A DNA stretch of 64,000 nucleotides from positions 2,046,001 to 2,110,000 of the forward strand of contig NC_067403.1 in the NCBI RefSeq assembly GCF_016432865.1, written 5' to 3'. This document shows positions 52,530-63,662 of the stretch, piece after piece; the stretch's first letter is position 1; each line of letters begins with the position of its first letter. The notes below the pieces were generated by a model, which was not told the DNA's origin, ran no database searches, and was given only the letters and a program-made list of their open reading frames with translations. Origin of the DNA: Antechinus flavipes (taxonomy: Eukaryota). A program made the translations under genes and the position numbers.

Positions 52530-52790
52530 ATGTATAGAATGCTGGACCTGTAGTCAAAGATCTGAGTTCAAATTTGACCTAAAATACTTACTAGCTGTGT
52601 GAAAGTCTCTTCCTCTGTCTGCCTCAGTTTCCTCAGCTATAAAATGGTAATGGTAATAGCACTTCTCTCTCCAGATGGTTTTTAAGGTCAAATAAGATAA
52701 ATTATAAGGCATTTAATATAGTACCTGGCACATGGTAGGCACTACATAAATGTTAGCTGTTATTATTACTACATTTTATTCATAACATCA
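52530..52790 (+). mobile_element. MIR-type CORE-SINE
   Basis: GAGTTCAAAT B-box, GCCTCAGTTTCCTCAGCTATAAAATG, and tail GTACCTGGCACATGGTAGGCACTACATAAATG. Confidence 0.75.
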
Positions 52791-53290
52791 TTATTTACGT
52801 GAAACAATTGTACAACCCACAAAGTTCAGCGTGGGAAGAACATTCAGAATCTATCATTTATCTCATCAGACTGTGGGAATCCCCTCCACCCAAAATTTCA
52901 GCAGCCCCTCCACAACTTATTCAAGTCCTAGCTGCCTGCCATGTTTATAAGGCTAAGGGACTTTCCCAAGATCATACTAGTCAGTATTCCTGGCAAGTTT
53001 AGATTCCAGGGCTTCCTGCAGCAGAGGTTACCTCTCTTTCTGTTGTATCATAATATCTCTTTATAGTCCTTTGTAAATTAATTTAAAAAATAAGGATACA
53101 TGCAATTGGATGAATTTAGAATATCCACATTGATTTAAAAAACCCACTAATGTTCACACTACCATTGGAGCACACTATTATTCAAAGCCTATATTTTATT
53201 TTACTGATTTCAAGATTTCAAATACTATATTGAGCTGATATTCACAAGAATATATGCATATATGTAACTTTTTATACTTATTTGTGAGTA

Positions 53291-53893
53291 TATTATATAT
53301 AAATACAAATTCTTCTCTCTGTCTCTCCCCCATATATATTTATATATTTATATGTGTGGGAATACACAGACACATACATATATAGTTTGTCCCCATTAGA
53401 TTATACATATACACACACAAACATACACACACATATATATTATATATACATATCAAACTATATACAGGATAAACAGGAAGAAAATTGAGAGGGAGAAGAT
53501 ACCAGAATTAGTTGGGGTGGGGGTACTGGGGAAAGTTTCCTGTAGAAGATGGGATTTTTATTGGGTCTCAAAGAAAGCCAGGAAAGAGACAATGGGTAAA
53601 GAGCATTGTCGCAATAGGAAAATAACAAAATAAAATGCCTAGAACTGAGAGATGGAACTAATGATATCAAGTGAAATAAGAAGAGAAGACGTCCAGGGCA
53701 GAATTCTGGGGGGCACCTATGAGGATGGATGTGGATCCAGCAAAGAAGGTCATATAATAAAGAGAATCATGAGATAATGATAAGCCTGGCAACTTGGAAA
53801 AGAGACCATCAGGGAAGAGTATACTAGGAAATTTATATATATAAATATATATGGGGGAGAGACAGAGAGAAGAATTTGTATTTATATATAATA
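53291..53893. repeat. Perfect 57-bp inverted repeat (arms 53291-53347 and 53837-53893)
   Basis: Base-by-base reverse-complement check gave 57/57 identity. The spacer is 489 bp. Confidence 0.92.
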
Positions 53894-54967
53894 CATAATA
53901 TTAGAAGAATAATACATAATAATAGAAGTTAACAATCAGCTTTCTGGGGGGAAAGAAGAGCTGTTAATGAAACACTTTTAAGTTTAATCCGAATTATTCC
54001 ATTTTCTCCATCATTTGTCTAGACAATCAGCCAAATAATAACCAATTGATTTGCATGTTTGCAGATTTCTAAGGTGGAGGTGCTCATTGGGAAAATTTAA
54101 CAACGGGCCCTGCTGAGCTGGAGAGCTGGGTTTGAGGCTGGCTTTTGGCAGTTGGGCGGGTCTCTGATCCCTGCGTGTCAGCGAGGGCCGGCACCACTCG
54201 GGCCCGGATGTTCTTCCGCGGTCTCTCCTCTGAGGATGTAACTGAACCAGCTCCAGGTGAGATTTTGATCTGAATCACAGCACATTAGAGGGAAGCCCAT
54301 GCATAATTGGAGCCAGCTACCCGATCAAAGGCCCAGCAGGCGGGCCTGAGCTTCTGATAATTTTGGCAGATGAGAATAGGAAGCTCAGCATGACCCCACA
54401 TCCAACTTTGGAGGCTGACTGTTCTCCAGACACTCCATGAAGAAACGACTGGTATATTTGACTAACAAATTCTTTCAGAAGCAATCAGCTTTCATGATTC
54501 GTCATCTTTAAACCAACATGCTTGTGGGTATTTACAGATCTCAAATTCTGCTTTTTAATTCCCTAATTCTACACGCCCCCCAAAAAAGTCTGATGCCTGC
54601 TCTGTTACTCTAGTCATTTGATGCAGCCTCCCTGCTTACCATCCATCACCCTTTAAGGCAAAGTTCAAGTCCCCCCTGTTTTAAATCCCCTTCCCAATTA
54701 TCCTCACCCCCAATGATGTTTTCCTTCTCCGAACCCAGAATTAACAAAGTACAATTGGCACCTCATTTGGCCGAGTGGCTGAAGAACACTGTGGTTTAAA
54801 AAAAAAAAAAAAGCTCGGCACAAGTTCGACAGACAATACCAACTTCTTCCATGACTTTGGCCAAATGACTTCATTAAAGAGAATTTCTAAGCTAATTACT
54901 GAGAATTTCCTATGCTGCTGAAATCTCGGGTTTACACAAAAATTAAATAATTGTCTATTTTTTTCAG

Positions 54968-55205
54968 GTAGTCTTGTCAGCTAGGTAGAGTCAAGAAAGT
55001 GAATCTGGAAGACCTCAGCTTGAATTCTGCCTCATATAATCTAGCTGCACATCACTGAACAAGTCATTTAACTTCTCAGCCTCAGTTTCCTCTTTTGTAA
55101 AATGGGGATGATAATAGTTCCTATGCCACAAGACTAGTGTGAAAATTAAATGAGATAATATATGCAAAGTATTTGCAAACTATAAAGTACCATATAAATA
55201 TCATC
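54968..55205 (+). mobile_element. MIR-type CORE-SINE
   Basis: CTCAGCCTCAGTTTCCTCTTTTGTAAAATGGGGATGATAATAG plus tail. Confidence 0.72.
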
Positions 55206-56929
55206 TGTAATTAGTACTCAGTCTTATCAATGAGAATTAAAATCTTTGAAAACAATATTGTATATTTCTGGATGCCGCAAAGAGCTGGGAAAGGAAAAAG
55301 CACGCAATGAAGATTTATTTGATTGATGTGTAACCTATTTGATAAAATGAAATGATCATGTGGATTAACTTCCTTCCATGAACTGAAGGTGATGTTTGTG
55401 AATCTCATATTTACATAATGCTTTTCCATTTACTAAATTCATTCTTTGTAGTAATTTATTGTAGCAATGAGATTAAAGAGTATGTCAAATTATTACTGCC
55501 ATCTTATAAATAGAGAAATAAAGGCTTGGGGTAGAGTGGGAGTAGAGTGAATTGTCCAAAGTCCTAGAACCAATAAGTAGCATAGCCAGGGCTTGATCCC
55601 ATGTCCTTGAATGCCAGGAATAAGGTGAGCATTGAGTGAGTGACCCATTACTACCTCTCACTTCCCATTCTCTGTATCGACTTGTGGAGACTTTTCTAAT
55701 AAGTCCTGAGCATCTCCACAGGCATCCTGTCAATGCTTACCAAATGTGCTGCTCTCCTGAGGACTTCCAATAAGAGAGAATCCCAGACACAAATTTCAAA
55801 ATTGTAATTAGTCTTTACCTAGCTTTAAAAATAAAAATAATAAAAATAAAAAAGATGCCAGAGACACAAAACTCATCAAAATGAGCCTACCCAGAACCAG
55901 GTAACAGACCCCAGAGGACTAGATTCATACTCTTCTTAGGTTTCTACTTTCATAAAAATTCAAATTAAAAAAAAACAAACAAACATCACAAGCATGATGA
56001 AATAAGATTCTTTTATGTTTCATACTTATAAATCAGGAGAATATAAAATGGAGAAGCTATCTATAATGACTAAAACCCTGAAAATAAGAAAGGACTTGTC
56101 ACGTCAAAGAACTTCAAAGTATATATTTGATATACAGGGAAACTGAGGCAGAAAGAGGTCAAATGCATTGCCAGAGGTAGGACTTTTCAGGGCCAGAGTC
56201 ACAGATGGACTCTGAAACCATCTAGTTCTGCTTCCTCCTTTTACAGATAAGGAAACTGAAGACCAATGGCTTGCCCAAGTAGTAAATGTCAGAAGTTGAA
56301 ACTTAACCCATTCTCTGACTCCCACCTCAACGTTGTTTCCACAGTTTGGTCTTCAGATGCCAAAGCCCTTCTCTCTCCAACTGGTGCCCCTCATCTGAAA
56401 CGGGGTACTTGTAATGGGAGCAGAATCAGTGCAATGGCTGCAAGCTAATTGTTTGCCTTTTAGTGGCAAACCTGCACTGCTGCCTATTGATATTCTACTC
56501 TTCTCTGAAGGCTCAGAACAAAGGAGGAAGACATTTTCTCCAGCACAAAAAATGCCGGATTTATTCTGGCGTGACTATTTTGTCCACAGTAAGTTGTTTT
56601 TTCTGTTAAGAATCAGTCCTCTGGCTCCCTTCCGCATCGTCCTCGGGGACTGAGGCGAGCTGCCAGAGCCTCCATGAAACCTTCCTGGGTGCCTTCTACC
56701 CGGGAGTCTTCTCTGCTTTTGAATCTCATCACACTAGGTCCTTCCTGGACGGTCTGAGATTCAGACTTGGATTAGCTTTCCCCATGCACACACCTCATCT
56801 CCTCCCCACCAGACTGCAAACTCTTCGAAGGCAGGTTCGTCAACTCCCTTCCATCCATCCTATCAGCGAAGAGACCAGAGCCTGCGGTGCTGCAAATGTG
56901 CAGCTTCCAGGCATTCTCCTGCTCACTGC

Positions 56930-56930
<1 letters not shown>

Positions 56931-56981
<51 letters not shown>

Positions 56982-57028
56982 GTGTGTGTGTGTGTGCATG
57001 TGTGTGCGCGCGCATGTATGTGTGTGTG
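56931..57028. repeat. (TG)n microsatellite with a (CG)4 core
   Basis: About 98 bp of mostly alternating purine-pyrimidine sequence including TGCGCGCGCA. Confidence 0.95.
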
Positions 57029-60000
57029 GAGTCAAGCTTGGCAATCGTGCCATGGACCCCCAAGGAAAGTCTATGCAATACATCTGGTTGCATGAGGACG
57101 CCAAAGAATCTGCCGCAGACAAAGGGAGGGGACTTTGAGTCTAGGCCACAGGCTACATTTCTGAGGATATTATTGTGTAATTGACAAACAAGGAAATCTA
57201 TTGAAAATTTAAAAATTAAAAACCATAACTATCCTCCACATATTATCCAAAAGGAAGAGGCACTGCGAGGGCAGTAGCATAAATGACCGTGTTGTTCTGG
57301 CGCTCATCCGTTGGGTCCAATGCCATAATCCCATTTGGAATTTTCTTGGCCAGCAAGTGTCCAAAGCCAGATCTGAACTCAGGAGGATGTCTTCCTGACT
57401 CCAAGCCTGGAGCTTCATCCACTGTATCTCCCAGCTGCCTACATGGGACCACAACATGGAGTAAATTTTAAACTTATCATGTCATCCATCTCTCTATCAT
57501 TCTACAAACCTGCTCAGACCTTCAGTCCTTCCCCATCAAGCTATCAGCCATCTTCTCTATTCTATGAGAAAGTCCGGCCAGCACTCACACCGTGGTCTCC
57601 ATTCACTGAGCACCCCTTGCAGAGCTCCTGGGATCTCCTTCTTCTGCCTTCACTAATCCTGTGCATCCTACTTTCCTACTGCATCAACATGAAATGCCAT
57701 CAGCCCTTCCAAGAAGTGCTCCTGTTCCTTCCAGCCTATCCCAGATACCAACAAGCCCTTTTTTTCACCGCTTATACCTGCATCTTATTTTGTATTGTAA
57801 CTAATTGGATGCATGTTGTATCCTCCTGCCAGAATTACAAAGATGTGCTAAAGTGGAAAAAGGATTCCATTTGAGTTTAGAAAATCTGGATTCAAATCCT
57901 GACTCAGACATTGACTAGCTTCAGGACAATATAAATGTTATTCTTCTCTCTAGGCCTCTGTTTGCTCATCTGTACTACTTTGGTCATAGAGTTATTTTCA
58001 AGCTCAAGAGACATAATGTATATACTTCATTAACCATAAGGACAAAATTAATGTTATCTATAAACAGCATAATTGTAATAGAAATAATTATTTCCACAAG
58101 GAAGTCATATTTTCCTATCTTTTACCCTCCTCAAACAATTAGCATAATTCCCCGAACAGAAAAGTTACTTAAGAAAACCTATCTACATTTTTGCAAAACC
58201 AACAGCTACAAACTCAGGTCTCTACTATTCCCCAAAAAACTGCCCTAACTAGTCATTACTATAGTGACATATTAATGCAAATATTTTAATCAACTGTAAT
58301 TGAAATTATATTGACCGTATTTAGTAATACTTTCAATTTGTCAAATTCCCAATTCCTAGAGGCAAGTTAGAATAGTTATCTTTTTTCCACAGGTTTTTGA
58401 AACCAGAGAGAGCAAAGGGCTTGCCCAAATTCATATAGTAAATTTAAGATCTAACAAGAAGATTCTCTCTCAATTCTGGAAGATTTCAATGTATCTATTT
58501 GTCACAATTGAGGACATCTCCTTGAGATGCTCAATTAAATGCCTAAATTTAAATACATAGGATTATAAAGAAAAATAATTATATTGAAATGCAATTATGA
58601 AAAAAGTTCCCAGACCCCAAGTTAAGAATCCCTATCCCTTCATCCTATCAAGGCTCTTTTTGCCTAATGTTTTGCACAACATTTTGACATGCAGGGAGAA
58701 AATCAATTAAAAAGAAATAGTTAAGTAGCAATGAGAAAATTAACGGTAAGAATATAGCATTTAAAGACATAATTGAAAGAATGGCAACAACCTCCCCCTC
58801 CACACATACACACTTTTCTGACAGGTATTTGGATATTTCAGTTAAAATATCTTGTTTTTTTTTAAAGAGACTTTTTGTTAAATTTTCTTCGATTTTCCAA
58901 TGGACATATGAAATAAGTCTACATGTTTCCACAATGGTGCACCAATGTCACTTTCCTTGTTCAAACTCTTAGTTATGGAAGAAATACAGCTAGAAAATCA
59001 ATGGGAGACCGATTTCCATGGGTAGCTGGGAGATTCAGTCTACATCCTATGCAGCAAATACTTGTCTATATATCAAAGCAGCTCTACCTCTTTACACAAT
59101 TATGATGGCATTGTAAAGTGTCATGTCATCAGAAATCCATTCATCTACTATTCATTGTCCAACACAGCAGTAATGTGGTTTTAGTTGGTTTCATTTTTCC
59201 TGTTTCCAAAGCTTAGCACAGAACAGACATTTAATAAATGTTTATTGACTGATTTGGTGCCACCAGATAATCAATCACCATTCTACATCCATAGGTGTCT
59301 TCCACTATCATGTTTTTCCTATACTTCATCCTCGCATGGTCTTGGTGGCTATGCCAATGGAACACAAACTCTGGCAGATACTACAGAGCTGAAAAGATTT
59401 CTAAAATCGGGTTGGTGTTTGGCAATAAATTTGTCACCTGAGGAGTATTCTAACTTGCCACAGAAGAGCTCATTACCAGAAGAAGGGTCACTATGTGATA
59501 AATGTTTTTTGTCCCCAGCAACTCAAGGCTCTTCTAAGGTGGCAAAGGGCTAAAACCATTGTCAACAAGGAGAGTTTCCACTAATGGAAATCATACCTTT
59601 TTTGAAATAAAAAATATATCCAGAAATAAAAATCATCCTGACATTTGGCTATTCACCCTAGGATGACGACAATTTCTTTAATAAATAAATTTGTTTATTC
59701 TTGAAGCCTTTAAGACTTAAAGCAAAGATCAAGTCATGTCTAAGAAGTCTTAATATTTTCCTACAGTAACATCAGACCCAAAATAATAGAGTCACACATT
59801 AAAGTGCAACTCCAAATATTAGGTTTTAAACTAAAACAAGATTTTGACAGATCAATTACTGTCCAACCTACTATAATAGACAGCTTTTGTCCTGATTCTG
59901 ACCCATTACAGAATGGATCAAAAAGACATAAACCAACTTGACAAGCTCACTTTACTTTCCTTCCCCTAACATAAATGAAGCCATCCCTGACCCCTGTACA

Positions 60001-60396
60001 CTTCTCCTTACTTCTTTTCAACTGCATTTCACAACCCATAGCTAAAATGCATGAAAGAAGAGACAGTAATAGACTACAGTGTCCTGTGTGCTTACCCACT
60101 GACAGGTAAGTAAATGAAAAACCTGATGTTTCTGGTAGAATGGGGGGATGGGGTGAGGGAAGCTAATATTTGAGCAGTGAGAAATTAAAAGGAGCTGGAA
60201 CTATGCCAGAGGAAGAGGGTTCTAGCTTTGTATTTTACAAACCATTGAATACGTAGTCAACCTCTACCACCACAAGTAACTTACACAACTTTCAGAATGA
60301 GTCACAGACTATTTTAAGGAACATTTGATTTGACAAAGAAATAGTTTGGTAACAAATAGCTATTACATATTTAGCACTGCTTTCATAAAAGATGAG

Positions 60397-61268
60397 CCAC
60401 AGATTAGCTAAGATGACAGGAAAAAAATAATGATAAATGTTGGAAGTAATGTGGGAAAACTGGGACATTAAATGCATTACTAATGGGATTGTAAAGTTGT
60501 CCAACTATTCTGGAGAGCAATTTGGAACTATACCCAAAGGGTTATCAAACTATGCATACCCTTTGATCCAGCAGTGTCTCTATTGGGTCTGTATCCCAAA
60601 GAGATCATAAGAAAGGAAAAGGACCTACAGACGCAAAAATGTTTGTAGCAGCCCTTTTGGTAGAGGCAAGGAACTGTGAGTGGTTGCCAATCTGTTGCGG
60701 AATGGCTGAATAAGTGATAGTATATGATTGTGATGGAATATTACTGTTCTGTAAGAAATGATCAGCAGGATGATTTCAGAGAGACCTGGAGAGACAGGAA
60801 ATGATGCTAGGTAAAGTGAATGGAAGCAAGAGAACACAGCAACAACAAGATTATGTGATGATCAACTGTGACGGACTTGGTTCTTTTGAACAATGAGGTG
60901 ATTCAGGCCAATTCCTATAGAGTTGTGACGAAGAGAATGAGCTGTATCCAAAAAGAGGACTGTGGGGACTAAGTATAGATCTCAACATAGTATTTTCACT
61001 TTTTTGTTGTCCTTTGCTTGATTTTTTTTCTTTCTCATTTTTTTTACTTGTTGATCTGAATTTTCTTGTACAATAGGATAAATATAGAAATATGTGTAGA
61101 AGACCTACAATATTTAACAATATTTACTATTTGCATTACTTACTGTCTAGGGGAAGTGATGTCTAAGGGAGGCTTAAAAAATCTGTAACACAAAGTTTTC
61201 CCATGGGTGAATGATAAAAACTATCTTTGCATGTATTTTGAAAATAAAATGCTATTATTAGAAAAATT
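60397..61268 (+). mobile_element. 5'-truncated L1 (ORF2 C-terminus and 3'UTR)
   Basis: Homologous by eye to 42370-43200 (GGAGAGCAATTTGGAACTAT, CCCTTTGATCCAGCAGTG). TSD TAAAAGATGAG (60386-60396) / TAAAGGATGAG (61269-61279). Confidence 0.88.
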
Positions 61269-62079
61269 TAAAGGATGAGAGGCAACATGTTGCAATGAAT
61301 CAAATGCTGATCTTGAAAGCAAGAAGATTTAAGTTCAAAACTGCCTCCGTCACCCTGAACAAATCATTCACCATTTCAATAGCTTGGAATCTAAGCAAAT
61401 CTCTAATGTTTTGAATTGCAAAAGGTAAAGGTACTATATTGGTAGAAGGAGTTAATATAAGGAAGTTCCCTATATTAATGAAATTACCAGTACAATCCTT
61501 TTTTTTTTTCTATTTCTGAAAGATAACATTGTTCCATTCCAAAGATATATAAGTAGATATGTATATTTACTATAAATACATTAACTAGTTTTTGAACGCT
61601 ATAGAGCCAAGACCAAAGAACACAATTATGTGTTCTGCATAATCCAGACTAAGTATCTTATTTTATTTATTTTATATTTATATTTATAATTTAATTTATA
61701 TTACACAAAATGAAGCCTAGAAAATAGAACTGAGGAATGGATTTGGAGACCGAGACTTGGGTTCAAGTCCTGTCTCTGATATATGCTGACAAACAAGTCA
61801 TTGAACCTCTTAGTGTTTCAAGGAAACTCCCTAAAGTTATAAAGTATTCAGGATTTGTTAATATACACTGTTTGGGGGTGGGGGAAATCAATGTAGAAAT
61901 GAAAATTCTTCTAGGAGAGAGGCTATTCTTACTCTTTTGTCTGTTCCCTAACCCTTAGCACAATGCTTTGCTCAAAGTAGATACTTAATAAAGATTGATT
62001 AAACTGATTTGAACTTAATTACAGATTCTGGTACAACAAAAAAAAATTAGGAACAACAAGAGTCTGGTAAAATAAGAAT

Positions 62080-62259
62080 CAGAGATTCTTAACCTGAGGT
62101 CTGTGAATTTTTTACATAATTAAATTTTAAAGTAACTGAGTTTCCTTCATAATTCTATGTGTTTTAGTTTATGCATTTAAAAACATCTTTCTCAAAAGGG
62201 ATTCACAGGATTCATCAGACTTCCAAAGGGGTCCACGACAAAATGGTTAACAGCCCTTT
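62080..62259. mobile_element. Old hAT-Charlie-type MITE (about 180 bp)
   Basis: Imperfect TIRs CAGAGATTCTTAACC / GGTTAACAGCCCT, internal GGGGTCC motifs and an AT-rich body. Confidence 0.6.
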
Positions 62260-63549
62260 TTACAGATGCATAAAACACAATGACCAAAATTAGAGCTTAT
62301 TTTTTCCTTATGAAACTGCAATACCCCAGGCTACTTAAAGACAGCTGGTAAAAATTCTTAATTTGCATTTGATTTTCATTAAATTATTTCTAATTAATCT
62401 ACCCCCCACAAAAGGGCCATTAAAGTTTCTTAGTATCCTTGATTATTTTTTTAAAAATACTGACTTGCAATATGAAATTGTGCACAGAACAGTCACAACA
62501 ATATTATATGCAGATGCTACTGGGGAAGAGGATTTGTTGTTAAATGTGCTGTCTTGAGCCATATGCTTCACCCCCCACATGCATGTGGAAGTTTAAGATT
62601 TAAAAGCAAACAGCATTTTTAACCAGCAGACCATCATCCTTTCTGTGCTTCCTTACTCTGTGTTTTTATCCCACCTGCGATTTGCCAGAACACAGTGAGT
62701 CTTGTATCTAAGCGAGTCTTTTCATGGTCACAATAGTGTGTTCAATCAAGGAAAGTTTGTTTTACGAAAATGAAGGAACTCGAAGTATCCCGTCGCCCCA
62801 AGAACAGGCTACTTTTCAGACAAACAAGAAACGAAACGCAAAGTTGCTGAAATAAATCACCCGTCCTTTCCAGGACCAAAGAAAGTACTTAGGATAACAA
62901 AAAAGTTTGAAAGGACCTTGGAGACATTTACTTCAGTCCCCAGCTTCTCCATGGAGGAAAGACTGCTCATGCAATTTTTCCCCCTCGCACTGCAATGCTA
63001 GTCTTATTAATTAGTCCCTTTCATCATGTTAATTGGCTTCGGATTCAAAGCAAAGAGTCACATGTTGAGAAACTGAGGCTCTGAGAAAAGGGTGTTGGCA
63101 AAAGAAGTAGGACTAGAACCCAGTGCCCAGTTTCGCTGCCCTGCCACTGCAGCAGGACGGTTGGCTTCTGGCCGAGTACCGGTCCGGCTGACTGGATCTT
63201 GCTCTGGCTTCGACTTCGAAGCAAATCCGCTTCTCAAGAAGCACAGCAGAAGACCAGACGCGATTTCGGGTCTTTCTAAATTGCCATAGAAGGTCCCCAG
63301 CACACCTGCACCCGCAGCCACACACCCAGCACACCAACGATCCGGAACCCGGCCAGAACCCCACAATCCCTCCCGCTCCAACCCTCTCCAGGTCCTTCCA
63401 CTCTCCGCACCCCGACCTCTCGATCTCTGCCCGGCGGCCCGCCCAGCTCTCCGAGGGAGCCCACCTGGCAGGGACAGAGCGCGGCGCAGCTGGGGACCAG
63501 AGGCGGAGAGGGGCCGAGACAATGGAACCACGGACAGCTCCTCACTTAC

Positions 63550-63601
63550 CGTCCTCATTTTCATCAAACACGGGAGTTTTGTGGGAGTGATTCCCACCCA
63601 T
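63550..63601 (-). CDS. STK32B: STK32B (YANK2) Ser/Thr kinase, first coding exon (52 nt)
   Basis: The minus strand reads ATG GGT GGG AAT CAC TCC CAC AAA ACT CCC GTG TTT GAT GAA AAT GAG GAC G|GTAAGT = MGGNHSHKTPVFDENED. This matches the STK32B N-terminus as I recall it (human MGGNHSHKPPVFDENEEV). Kozak context is strong (AAT ATG G), the donor is canonical, the phase-1 end joins exon 2 in frame, and the exon lies in a CpG island. MGxxxS fits an N-myristoylation motif. Confidence 0.96.
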
Positions 63602-63602
63602 A

Positions 63603-63662
63603 TTACGCCTCGGTTGTTGCTACATCCCCAGCCAAAATCTTCGCCCGGGGAGCCGCGGGCAT
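63603..63662 (-). promoter_or_regulatory. Putative uORF (19 aa, MPAAPRAKILAGDVATTEA*) with a nested ATG-TAG start-stop element at 63620-63625
   Basis: Read directly from sequence: ATG CCC GCG ... GAG GCG TAA T ATG. It is functional only if the transcript starts upstream of 63662, which is not shown. Confidence 0.5.

Larger units (their letters stand above)
3554..63549 (-). other. STK32B: STK32B intron 1 (59,996 bp, GT-AG, phase 1)
   Basis: Bounded by the exon 1 donor (GT at 63549-63548) and the exon 2 acceptor (AG at 3555-3554). No other recognisable STK32B coding sequence lies between them. Confidence 0.92.
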
